Source of the DNA: Ranitomeya imitator
Lineage: Eukaryota
Direction: 5' to 3'
DNA length: 64,000 bases
NCBI RefSeq assembly: GCF_032444005.1
Contig: NC_091283.1
Location: 743,690,001 to 743,754,000, forward strand
Shown here in pieces: positions 12,199-24,075 of the stretch (the stretch's first letter is position 1; every line of letters starts with the position of its first letter). The notes beneath the pieces were generated by a model, which was not told where the DNA came from, ran no database searches, and worked only from the letters and a program-made list of their open reading frames with translations. The translations under genes and the position numbers were made by a program.

Positions 12199-12599
12199 TA
12201 AGAAAAATATGCTCTAGAATTGTATTCCATGAAAAATGCAAATAAAGCCGTACTTCAGTATATACTCGTATTTATTATACTCTGACTATTGTATTTTGTA
12301 TTTTGCAGCCAATTTAACAACTTATTTTACTTTCCTATTTATATGCTTCAAATAAAAATTAAGATATTCCAAAGATTCTCTCCAACTTCTTTTTGTAATC
12401 TAAGAGATTATATATATGGAATTTTAATGTTTTACTAGCAGACCCTAGTTATATGTGTGTGACACAGAGCGGCGCACAGCAGTAAGACTGCTTTTACACT
12501 TGCCGTGTTTTTCCTGGCCGTTTTTGTGGCCCCAATAGATTTCTATGGGGCTTGAAAAATCGGCCAGCAAAAGTTCCACCATTTTTTTTAGTCACATTT

Positions 12600-14100
12600 A
12601 CATTTATAGTCACTTTGAGAGGTGTACATGACAGACAATACTCAAACTTTACACCATTCTAAAAACTACACCCCTCAAGGTGCTCAAAACCACATTCAAG
12701 AAGTTTATTAACCCTTTACGTGCTTCACAGGAACTGAAATAATGTGGAAGGAAAAAATTAACATTTAACTTTTTTTTGTAAACCTTTTAATTCAGAACTA
12801 ATTTTTTTTTTATTTCACAAGTGTAAAAAGAGAAAAAGAACCACAAAATTTGTTGTGCAATTTCTCTTGAATATGCCGATACCCCATATGTGGAGGTAAA
12901 CCACTGTTTGGGCGCACAGCAGAGCTTAGAAGAGAAGGAGTGCTGTTTGACTTTTTCAATGCAGAATTGGCTGGAATTGAGTTCGGACGTCATGTCACAT
13001 TTGGAGAGCCCATGATGTGCCTAAACAGTGGAAACCCCCCAAAATTGACACCATTTTGGAAACTAGACCCCTTAAGGAACTTATCTAGATGTGTGGTGAG
13101 CACTTTGAACCCCCAGGTGCTTCACAGAAGTTTATAACGTAGAGCCGTGAAAATAAATAAAATCAAATTTTTTCTACAAAAATGATCTGTTAGCCTCCAA
13201 ATTTTTATTTTCACAAGGGTAACAGGAGAAATTTGACCACAAAAGTTGTTGTCCAATTTGTCCTGAGTACGCTGATACCCCATGTGTGGTGGGAACCACT
13301 GTTTGGGCACACATCGGGGCTCGGAAGGGAAGTAGTGACTTTTAAAATGCAGACTTTGATGGAATGGTCTGCGGGCGTCATGTTGCATTTGCAGAGCTCC
13401 TGATGTACCTAAACAGTAGAAGCCCCCCACAAGTGACCCCATTTTGGAAACTAGACCCCAAAGGAACTTATCTAGATGTGTGCTGAGCATTTTGATCGCC
13501 CAAGTGCTTCACAGAAGTTTGACGCAGAGCCCTGAAAATAAAAAATTATTTTTTTTCCACAAAAATGATTTTTTATCCCCCAATTTTTTTCTATTTTTGC
13601 AAAGGTAACAGGAGAAACTGGACCCCAAAAGTTGTTGTCCAACTAGTACTTAGTACGCTGATGCCTTACAGTTATTTACCGGCGATCACAAAACAGGGGT
13701 AGGTAAAAACCGACCCCGATCATGTTCTTTGGGGTCTCGGCTGCCAGGGGTCTTCCAGATGCCGGCCAGCGGGTGCACTGCGCAAGCACCCACCATTTTT
13801 TTGCTGGAAGAAGATGGCGGCGCCCATGGGGGACCACGAGGAGCACCGGGGGAGACGGATAAGTATCGGGGGCGATCAGGGACCCCTTTTCTCTGTCCTC
13901 TGATGTGCGATCACATCGGAGGACAGAGAAATTAAATGGCAAATCGCTTTATTTTGCGACCGCCGGTAAACGGTTAATTACTGGCGATCGCAACTCGGGG
14001 GTCAGTAAAAACCGACCTGAATCATGTTCTCTGGGGTCTCGGCTACCCCCGGCAACCGATTCTGGGGGGCGCTATACACATTGTCCCCACCGTGGTGACC
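12600..14100 (-). mobile_element. Fragment of the TTAA element family of 1318-3595, opposite orientation, with ~387-bp repeat units
   Basis: 12650-13660 is the reverse complement of repeat-unit and right-arm sequence (e.g. GAGTACGCTGATACCCC at ~13265); direct repeat ~13677-13745 / ~13977-14050; no terminus found. Confidence 0.75.
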
Positions 14101-15039
14101 TCTGGCTTCTGCTGTATGACTTCCCCTCTTTATATTTGGTGACCCATTGGACTTGGATCTAGGTATGCCTATTTTCATTTGTGAATTTATCTTATTTTAT
14201 GGTGGCTTTTGCCATCGGTCTAACACTATTCTACTATATTAGGCATAATCTAAGGCCTTGGGAAAGACATTTCTGTGATTTGGTTTACATATGCCCATGT
14301 ATGGGGTATTCAGCAGGTTCTCATTATGATTTTCTATCTCTACTATTTATTATCATTATAAAGATAATGTTTGCACTACACTAGCCAGTGTCCCTACGTC
14401 GCTTTGTGTTTAATTGTCTATATGCACTGTGGTAGTGTCCACCATTCTACCTGTTACATGAACTATATTTGAATAAAGTTTTTCTATTTTTATACGAATT
14501 GGCCTCTTGATCATCTTTTGTGCTCTAGGTGTATGTTCTATTTATTGTTGCTGATTGGCCCTAATTAGGTCCACTATCTTGGACATTACAATGATTTACT
14601 ATAATCGTTATAATAGTATTTGATTTTGAAAATGTCGTCAAGATTTTCGTTGAGATATTTTTACATTTAGCCACAAAATTTTGCACAGTCACACGTCTGG
14701 ACCCCGAGAGCGTCATAGGCTATGTTGTGAGGTGAAATTTTAACCTTGCGCGTTCCAATTCACAAAACAATTTTGCCCCTATCTACATAATGGGGAAAAA
14801 GTGAAAGGAAAAGTGTTGGAGGCAAATTGACAGCTGCCAGATGTGAACAAGGGGGACTTAAAGAATGAGAGTGATGGCGCCAAAGAGTATAAGGAGTTGC
14901 TAAGGTGGGGCCCCGACATGGGATATTCACCACACACGGCAATATGAACACACACAAAATGCGCCACACACTACCACATGCTTGAACACATATACCACCC
15001 TCAGCACACATTTCACCACACATACACCAACCTCGCCAC

Positions 15040-15480
15040 ATAAATGTCAAAACACAAAAGTCGCCACTCAAAACTCGCCACGCGCAAAATTGCCACATGC
15101 AAAACTTGCCACATGCAAAACTGGGCTCACGCTAAACTTGCCACACCTGCAAAACTCACCTCATAGAAAACCTCTCCACACGCAAAACTTGCACATACGG
15201 AAATTGCCACATGCACAAAAGTTGCAACACATGCAAAAGTTGCCTCACATAAAACTTGCACATACTCAAAAAGCACCACACATAAAACTCGCCACATGCA
15301 AAACTCGCCATGCGCAAAACTTGCTGCACACAACTTGCTACACTAACCTGTCACATGCAACTCGACGCACAAAAAGTTGCTACACGCATGTTGCCACACA
15401 AAACTCATCTCACAAAAGTCGCTACATGCATGTCACCACAAGCAACTCAACACACACAACTTGACACATGAAACTCGCCC
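15040..15480 (+). repeat. Degenerate short tandem repeat (AAAACT(C/T)GCCACA... motif) inside the Helitron
   Basis: Recurrent AAAACTCGCCAC/AAAACTTGC motifs. Confidence 0.7.
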
Positions 15481-15851
15481 TAAAACACACACAAGTCTGG
15501 TATTATCCTTCAAAAATAAAAATCTGATTAATAAGCAAACTACAAAAGCAACAAATGTACCATATAGGAAATATGGCAGCTGTCAGTAACATGACCTGTT
15601 TGTTATGTGCATGTGTGAGCCAATATATACTGCCAGGGGGAGGGCTTCCTGTTGGCTGGGGATTTATCAGGCTGCCAATAGCAACCAATCACAGCTCAGT
15701 TTCTATTTTACTACAGTTAATTAATCTGAGCTCTGATTGGTTAATATAGGCAACAAAGGACATTCTCAGTTTAACAAAGCTTGTGTGAGGTAATAGCATG
15801 TCAGTTAGGGTGTGTTGGTGGAAAGGCTGATGTCAGTCACATTACCTCTAT

Positions 15852-16934
15852 GTGAGAGGATATAGAAACTGCCAGTTACAGACTATATTTACCACAATAA
15901 TGCATCATAAGAAAAGGAATTCCATGGCACGAATGTCAGCTGATGCAAAAAGAAAAGCTGCATTATGGAACAATGAAAGATATATCATGGGAGGAGTAGT
16001 TGTTTTGGCAGGTGACTTCCGCCAAACACTACCTGTTATTCCAAGATCAACCCCTGCAGACGAACTCAGTGCCTGTCTCAAAGCATCGTACCTTTGGAGA
16101 AAAGTAAAGAAAATGTCACTGAACACAAACATGAGGGTCTACATGACAGACGATGTTTCTGCTGGACTGTTTTGCGAGCCAGCTGTTGACTATTGGAGAT
16201 GGCAAGGCACCAGTAAACTCAACCACTGGACAGATCACCTTCCCAAGCAACTTTTGTTGCATTGTGACTTCCATGAAAGCAAAGTTTTTTCAAAACATTC
16301 AACTCCACTTCAAAAATTCTGGCTGGCTGTGTGAAAGGGCTTTCTAGCTTCCAAAAATGACAGCGTCAACAAGATCAATCTTCAAATTCTAAATCTCATT
16401 CCAGGTGTGTGCACAACCTACAAGTCAGTGGATACAGTAATAGACCCAGCTCAAGCATTATTTTATCCAACTGAGTTCCTCAATTCCTTGGAGCCACAAG
16501 GACTTCCTCCTCACAACCTCTTTCTAAAACCTGGAGCACCTATTCTGCTATTGAGAAATTTGGATCCACCAAAGCTTTATAGTGGAACAAGATTATTGAT
16601 TAAGAACCTGTTTCCACATATAATTGAGGCAACCATTTTGACAGGTTGTGCCACAGGAAAAAATGTTTTCATTCCAACAATTCCTCTCATTCCATCTGAT
16701 TTGCTTTTTGAATTTAAACGCCTCCAGTTTCCTGTTCAACTGGCATTTGCTATGTCCATCAACAAGGCTCAGGGACAGTCCTTGAAAGTAGTTGGAATCG
16801 ATTTACAATCTCCATGCTTTTCTCATGGTCAACTTTATGTGGCCTGTTCAAGAGTTGGAACAGCCAAAAATCTGTTTGTCTTTGCACCTGAAGGAAAAAC
16901 TAGGAATGTCGTTTATCAAAAGGCTCTCGAATAA
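15852..16934 (+). pseudogene. Helitron RepHel helicase C-terminal fragment, frameshifted
   Basis: GGVVVLAGDFRQTLPV, PILLLRNL...GTRL, RLQFPVQLAFAMSINKAQGQSL, CFSHGQLYVACSRV. Confidence 0.9.
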
Positions 16935-17314
16935 GTAGTAGAAGATTACTTCACATTACTTTGCCAATTTAGTTAAATCTGTGTGGAATATCTCTGGTGT
17001 TGAAATATATGTTGTGAAATGCTTTTATTAGCTTAGTTTTTGCCTTTTAATAATTACATTTCTATCTATTTGTTTTGTGGTTTTTGTTTGCAGAATAAAT
17101 TTTTGTTAACACATTCTATTTTGCTAACAGCCGTTATTAACCCGGGCGAAGCCGGGTAGTACAGCTAGTAGAATAATACATTTGGTGCAAACAAAAGAAA
17201 AGGCACACAATCCACAAAACTATACGAAAAACAGGCGCAAAGGCAATGATTATTTGGAACTATGTTTAGGACATTGTCAAGGAATAGGTGCAGCCTGCAG
17301 TGGGTGACAATGTA

Positions 17315-18195
17315 TGATACGATACACTTTATTGATGCCGAGGGAAATTATAGTATTACAGCAGCGTCACAAACAGCATTTCAAACATTACAACAATACA
17401 AATAGCATTACATAAAGTAATTACTAGACACAGATCTTGCACATGACTAACCACATTATGTAACAAACAAAATTTGGGTGAATATTGGTACTTAAATCTC
17501 TGATCATTGCCATTAGTGCACCAGCCATAGGTCATTGTCGTCTTTCACCATTAGGAAATTGTTATATATCCCCATAGCAGTAGGCACAAACGATTTCCTG
17601 AATTTATCCTTCTTGCACCTAAGTAGGTTTAGATGACTGCTGAATGTGCTCTTCTGCTTCAAGAACAGCTTGTATAGTGGGTGTGTATTATTGTTCATTA
17701 TAGCCCTACACTTCATCTGAATAATATCTTCCACTACCTCCTCAAAAGAGTCAAGATGGAGGCCAACAGCCACTCTTGCCTTCTTGATTAGTTTGTTGAG
17801 CTTATTAGTGTCAGCTACTCGCACAGTTCTGCCCCAGCAAATGATAGCAAAAAAGATGGTGCTTGCCACAATGGACTGGTAAAACATTTCGAGCATTTTA
17901 CTGCACACATTGAATGACCTGAGCTTCAGTAGAAAGTTTAGTCTGCTCATTCCCTTCTTGTAAACTTTCTCAGTATAATACCTCCAATCAAGTTTGCCAT
18001 CAAGGTGAACCCCCAAATATTTGTAGCTCTCAACCATCTGCACCTCCTGGCCATCAATAGTGATCGGCAAGTAATCATCCTTTTTCCTTCTGTAACTCCC
18101 AACCATCTCCTTGGTTTTCTTCACATTTAGTTCTAGACAGTTAGTTTGGCACCAATCTACAAACTCAGAAACGACTCTTCTATATTCCGCCAAAA
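17315..18195 (-). mobile_element. 5'-truncated Rex1/Babar LINE (post-RT C-terminal ORF open, 17513-18190)
   Basis: WCQTNCLELNVKKTKEM, YKYLGVHLD..LDW, LLKLRSFNV, FYQSIVAS, KFRKSFVPTA; 3' end AATTTCCCTCGGCATCAATAAAGTGTATCGTATC on the minus strand is Rex1-like. Confidence 0.8.
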
Positions 18196-18632
18196 ACCCC
18201 GATCCCCCACAATGCCTCCTATGTGACAACCTTATTCTAAGCTCGTGTGCAGGTGTTCAGCACCTAAATAGCATTTATGCTCTCAGTTTTTTGCAGGGAA
18301 GAAGTATGCTGTTGCCAAGCTCCAAATAATACAAAGTAGATATTTATTTTTATTTAGTTCATCAGTGCTTTCTAAGTAGGTAAGTAGGGTTGGCATTAGA
18401 CATTTGTCATATTGCCAGAGCTTTTCTACTTATGGATATAAAGTGAAACTGTCCTGCAATCCTGCAACATGGCAATAACACTGTCAGAGGCTGTAATCCT
18501 GTATACTGAAGATTAAAAGCCATCCCTTCATGGCTGACTCCTATTTATGTAAGCTACGAAGGATAATTTCTGCAGGACACACAGATTATGGAATGGCTAC
18601 AGAAACAAAACACAGACTTTGACTTTTAATTA

Positions 18633-19018
18633 GGCTATGTGCACACATTGCAGATTTGACTGTGGAATTTTCTGTGCAGATTCTTCATTTCTTGGAGAAA
18701 CTGCAGGTCAGAATCTGCACCTTTTTTTGGTATGTGCACACGTTGCAGATTTTTGTGCAGATTTCTTCCTTTTTTAACCCCTGCAGATTTCTATTATGGA
18801 ATGGGTGCAGAAACGCAGCAGATCTGCACAAAAGAAGTAACATGGTCCTTTTTTGAATCTGCTGCGTTTTCCGTGAGATTTTTCCGCACCATCAGCACAG
18901 CATTTTTTTTTGCCATTGATTTACATTATACTGTAAATCACTTACAGATCTGCAGCGTTTCTGCGCAGAAAAAAAAAGCTGCAGATCTGCAGGAAATCTG
19001 CAACGTGTGCAAATAATT
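18633..19018. mobile_element. Harbinger-type MITE (TGCAGA/TCTGCA-rich)
   Basis: TTA then GGCTATGTGCACAC; right end GTGTGCAAATAA; second left-end copy at ~18729; right TSD not preserved. Confidence 0.6.
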
Positions 19019-20494
19019 GCTATCGAACATCTTCTGGATAAGAAGTAACATGAGGTGCATTGTACAGCTGTACTAGCATCAACTTCAGCATAAGCCAACA
19101 TCAGACATCTTACAGCTTGCTTAATGTATGCCATCATTATGTATGCCATCGATATACTACATTCATAGACTTATTGATTAGCACTTTCACAACTATTTAA
19201 TGCTGAATCATTTCTTAAAAAGAAAACTTGCAAAGAGCTTTGATAAAATACATATTTTTATGTGTAAGACTTCTATGTAGAATTGTATGTCTCCATGGAA
19301 AGGCTATAAAATTCCTTATGTGTAATATTATCCATTTATGTGCTTTTCCTTATCACTTTCCCCTTCAACTTGCAAAACTACTGTCTATAGGTGAATTACC
19401 TCTTCCAGCATGGGACAACCCCTTCTAAATGTTTGCCGCAAGTAAAATAATATAACTTATACTCACCTCTGGTGCGGGCGCCGTTCCAGTGTCTCAGCAC
19501 TGGTTCTCCCAGGGTTCCCGTGACACTATTATGTCATGTAATCTCTCGGTCTAATCATCAACTACTTCACTCTCCTCTCCTATGGACAAGTCAAGACATT
19601 TAGAGACAGTGAAAGAGCAGCCGCAGCCTTCACTTCCTCCAGATGTCAATTCCGTCCATAAAGAAGAGTGAAGCCAGGGCTAATTGTTAGTGATGGTCGA
19701 ACACTAAAATGCTTGGGTGCTCGTTGCACGGGTCGAACATTTTTTAATACTCGGGTGCTCGACCCGAGCTACCACCCCAATGCAAGTCTAAGGGAAACTC
19801 GCCGCAGACTTCTCCGGAGGTCTTTAGAAGGTCTAAAAACAGTGGAAATCATTGGGAACATTGCTCAAATGACATGGAAACATCATGGTGAAGACCCATG
19901 GAAGCATTTCTGACTCCCAGGTCACTGTGAACAATGTTGTCCGAGTCTTACGCCACTTTTACAGACTCACCAAAAAACATACAAAAACGGATTTTCTTGG
20001 GAAATATGTTAAGGAACATCCTTTCCAGGGTAATGACTTGTATATAAGGTAAAATAAATGACCAAAAACAAAAATGCTTCTCCACACCTTGGGCTATGTT
20101 CACACGTAGCGTTTTTGAACTTTAGCATTGCTTTCAACCAAGACAAATGCATTTACTGGGAAATATCATTTTAACATTTTACAACCTTGTCTGGCCATGT
20201 GGTGTGTGACACATCATCAGACACATCCTGTTTCATTTATGAAGGAGGGACTCTGAAAGTCACAACGCCTATTTTATAGGGCCATCAGGCGGCCTTTACT
20301 ATTCATCCATCTGTAGATATCGCAGGAACACCGCCACGGACAGGAGGCAGACTAAGAGTTAAGGGAGTTATGGGTTTTTTATTAAAACAGTAAATGCACT
20401 CCACGCAGGGAGTGAGGGATTGCAGAGGGAGAGTAGGAATGGGGCAGAACTGTGAAGGAGGAAGGATGGGTAGGGGCGAACGATAGTTCAATAT

Positions 20495-20962
20495 ATACAA
20501 AAAATTGTCCTGCACTCTCTAATAACGAGGGGTGCTGGTGTAACGGACCAAAGGTCCAATATCAGTAGACTAAGATTCACCGCACACCCTTAGTGGAATA
20601 TTTTTCAGAAATTAACAATTTATTCAATATGCACAAAATCAATCAGATAACATATGTACATTGGAAAAATAATATGAGACACAGATTACTAACGTTTCGA
20701 CCCTTCCCAGGTCTTACTCATAAGTCGCTGAATCCAGGCGTAGTATGGGAGCAGAACTCAAGAAAATGGAAGGGATGTACCTGTAGTATCCAGGGGCTAA
20801 TAATCCTAGAAATTCAGTTGTGATGGTATAGGGTGCCTATTGTGGCTGTGGACCTTATTTGCAGCGTGATTTAGCGGCGCACCCGTGCACTTTCCTTTTC
20901 TTGAGTTCTGTAAAGTTCTGAAAGATATTCCGCTAAGGGTGTGTGGTGAATCTTAGTCTACT
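20495..20962 (-). mobile_element. Short Penelope-like (pseudo-LTR) insertion with inverted 5' segment and hammerhead-like core
   Basis: 13-bp TSD GATAGTTCAATAT (20482-20494, 20963-20975); inverted repeat ~20560-20608 / ~20916-20966; minus-strand CTTATGA-GTAA-GACC..GGTC-GAAACGT; AATAAA; 3' end GAGTGCAGGACAATTTTTTGTAT. Confidence 0.65.
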
Positions 20963-21694
20963 GATAGTTCAATATGAAAGCGGTGGCACTTATCAGACTG
21001 ATGTCTACTGGTATGCAGAGATAAAGGGTTCCAATGGTGGCACTGACAGCAGCGGCGCGTGGTGTCTCATTGTTGTCCGCCGCAGGTGAGGATCTAATAG
21101 TGGCACCGACAATAGCGGCACTTGACGCAGTCTCTGAGAAGCAAGTAGATTTCCCTTACCCAGTGGTGTCTGGCACGGTACTGAGTCAAATGTGAAGTAC
21201 CGCCGGAACGAACTCTCGCTCCATGGTGTGTGCAGGTCCTTGTTCAACAGGTACTGGCCTGGCCAGGAGTCCCACATGGCATCCTACTAATGGCATGGTC
21301 TGTGATGTCGGTCCTGAGTCACCTCTTGGCGAGGAGGGTGGCGGGAACCTGTCAATTGGTCGCCTACCAGTCAGGGACCTCTCTGCCAAGGGTCTGTAGG
21401 GGTAGCCTGTTTAATCGAGCTGCTCTGACTTCACAGCAATCACAGTGCCCATTTTGCCACTCAGCTTTCCCACACAAGCTCTGCCACTTTTCCTGCACAT
21501 AGCGCTAACAGGCCCCGCCTTGCCTAGCCCAGTCACATTAACTGGCTCATCCAGCAATCTAGGTCTTCCCCCTGCAACATGGGTGACAGCCCCGGCAGTT
21601 CCGGAACCGACGTGAAAAAGGTACCCCTGTTCTGGTACTCCTCCACATCAGCCGGCTATGCTTTGTTATTCCCATTATTAAACAGTGGGTCTCC

Positions 21695-23404
21695 TGCAGT
21701 GCCCCAGGGTGCTGGTTGTTGCAGTAATGTCATTTTCCTCTAGGGGAGAGTGATAATACGTTTGCAGGCAAAGAAGGACAACTGAATCCAGGTATCACAA
21801 TTATGCAACACATTTCGCATTCCAGGCCACCAGGGGGAGCTCTGCTCCTATTTATTAGGGCACTCTTCACACTTAGGTAAAACTGGTTGCCTGGGGAGGA
21901 AGTTAGTTAGTTGCTGGCTGAGCTTCACTTAGTTAGTTGGTCCCTGACAGGGGTGGGATCCTGTCAGAGATCGAGACAGAAGGACACAGAGCTGTGCATG
22001 CCCTGAGAGCTGCAGCTTCTAGAATGAGACACTGAAGGAGAACTGTATTGTAGAGAGGGTGAAGAAGTCATAGCAAAGGAGTGGATATCAGGGGAGAACA
22101 GCCCTACACAGGCTGCCTCCTTCTGAGGCGCAGGATCCCGGTAGCCGGAACACCGAGGGAGCAACGATCCTTTATGCCTTGCTCCAGAGACTGGCAGGAC
22201 AGCTAATTTCACATTACCTGTCCACCCCTACACCCAGGAGGCAAGGTGGCAGTCCCTGTAAAACCCCTCAAGCCACCGGTCATACGGGTTTGTCCTATCC
22301 ATCTGGGGGACAGAGAGAGAGACATAAAATCTACAACATCTGGGAGGACCTTATAAAAAGCTTAGCAGTAAGGGACTACAACACCATGGCACTAGAGGAA
22401 GGCTACTGTTTTCTACCTGGACAAGGGGACTGTGGATTTGCCTCCAAACTGGCCGGACTCTGCCTGCCCTGTGGTCTGGTACTCTGGACTGTGGATGCTG
22501 AAACCTTCAGTAAAAGGTAAAGAGACTGCAACCTTGTGTCCTCATTCTTCACTGCGCCTCTCACCATCCACCATCTACACACTGGGAAGCCATGGGGACA
22601 TACTTCACCTGTGGGAAGGTATACCATCTAGCTGCCATAACATCACCCCAGCTGACCCCTTAAAGCAGCGTCGGTCACCCTGACCAAATACCACAAGTGG
22701 CGTCACGAACATTTCCCCTTTAAAGACCTTTCCCTTTTACACAGACATCCCAGGGCCACGGACCCGGTCAGCCACCGTGTGTCATGTCGGACGCTATTCA
22801 CACTAGGGCGTCCGACAGGCAGCGGTAATTCTTCATTCATCCACTATGCGCTTAGTGACACCGGCTAGATTTTATTAAAAATCTAGCTTGTGCTCGGATT
22901 GGAGGCTGGGTCACACCCACAGCCTTTAAATAGTTCTTCTGAATTTTGGGCGTCGCCGATTATAGCTTGTGTCTTGTACCTGGTGATCTCAGTTCGGAGT
23001 GGTGGTCTTGGAGTGGAAATATCAGATCTGGTGGTGTATGATCCTTTGTCATATTTCTCCTTCCTATTTGTGTTTTCCTGAGTGCGTTTGCGGCATGGTG
23101 CGTTTTTGGTTTTCCCTGTCTGTGCTTTCTGTAGGGGTTGGTGTGAGGAATTATCACTGGGTGGAGGGTGGAGGTTTCAGATTAGTACTGAAACAGGAGT
23201 TAGGGTCAGGCCTGGCGGCCCAGACAAGCACACCATCAGTGTAATCTCTGGGAGAGGGACAGACAGGGTTTCCCTAGTCTGAGGGATATCGCAGGAGCCC
23301 AGGTTATTAGCTTTGCCTACCTAGGCTCCCCGTGACACCGTGACATCCACCGTGAACCAAAGGACCCGGTACTGAGTACCCCACGGCCCCATGGGGGCAC
23401 TCCA
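21695..23404. mobile_element. Solo LTR (~1.15 kb net) containing a nested solo LTR
   Basis: Ends TGCAGTGCCCC ... GGGGGCACTCCA; 4-bp TSD CTCC (21691-21694, 23405-23408); host hAT repeat rejoins across it. Confidence 0.85.
22780..23337. mobile_element. Solo LTR (558 bp) nested in another LTR
   Basis: Ends TGTCATG ... CGTGACA; 5-bp TSD CCGTG (22775-22779, 23338-23342). Confidence 0.9.
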
Positions 23405-23459
23405 CTCCTTTACTGTTATTGCCTATGCAGTGATTGGCAGCGCTGCCAAAAATTTGGAA

Positions 23460-23800
23460 GCACTCCAATAACCCTTTGAACAGACGTACAGTATGGCCAC
23501 CTGAAAGCAATGTTCCCATTATTACAAAGTTGGTACCCCCATACTATTGCCCATTAAGTGAATTCAAGACCTGCCCCAAATGTGGACACACCCCAATAAC
23601 CATTTGAACAGACAAACAGTATGGCCACCTGAAAGCAATGTTCCCATTATTACAAAGTTGGTACTCCAATATTGTTTGCCAATTAAGTGAATGCAAGGCC
23701 TGCCCCAAATTTGGACGCATCATAATAACCCTTGGAAGAGACGTGGAGGAGGTTTCTGCTAAAAATCTATTCCCATTACAAAGGTGCAGTTCTCCTATAC
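23460..23800 (+). repeat. ~128-bp subterminal tandem repeat of the hAT element
   Basis: CAATAACC.TTTGAACAGAC..ACAGTATGGCCACCTGAAAGCAATGTTCCCATTATTACAAAGTTGGTAC at ~23467 and ~23595; diverged third copy at ~23723. Confidence 0.7.
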
Positions 23801-24075
23801 TTGTAATGCCTATGCAGTAAGTGTATGGGCTGACAATTATTTCCCCCTGGGGGGTATACAGCAACATACTGTCAAAAAATTTAGTTTTTTGGGTGTTGCA
23901 TCAGGGACCACGGTCACCCTGGTGATCTAGTGGTGGTGGATGATAAGGATGAGAAGGAGGAGGACAACAGTAAATAGACCAAATCAGGAAGCATATACCC
24001 ATGTACGGGTGTGAAGAGGTGCATGGAAATAGACTTCCCAAAAAATGACACTGGATTTGAGTTTATATTACGCTG

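Larger units (their letters stand above)
14640..17168 (+). mobile_element. Internally deleted Helitron
   Basis: 3' hairpin CCCGG-gcgaag-CCGGG (17141-17156), then CTAG (17165-17168) followed by T; PIF1-type helicase fragments; 5' boundary approximate. Confidence 0.85.

Noticed and set aside
14181-14560. Third Penelope-like tail
   Set aside because: AT-rich with AATAAA, but no TSD, inversion or usable ribozyme motif
14982-15464. 160-aa His/Lys/Thr-rich ORF and similar ORFs at 39.7-42.2, 48-49.7 and 52.7-53.5 kb
   Set aside because: They are translations of tandem repeats with no domain signal
17304-18229. GTGACAA as a TSD for the Rex1 fragment
   Set aside because: The right copy is ~30 bp beyond the end of Rex1 homology; likely chance
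22698-22711. TGGCGTCACGAACA as a tRNA-Lys-like PBS
   Set aside because: It lies inside the outer LTR, whose true end and TSD are at 23404; no internal retroelement sequence follows
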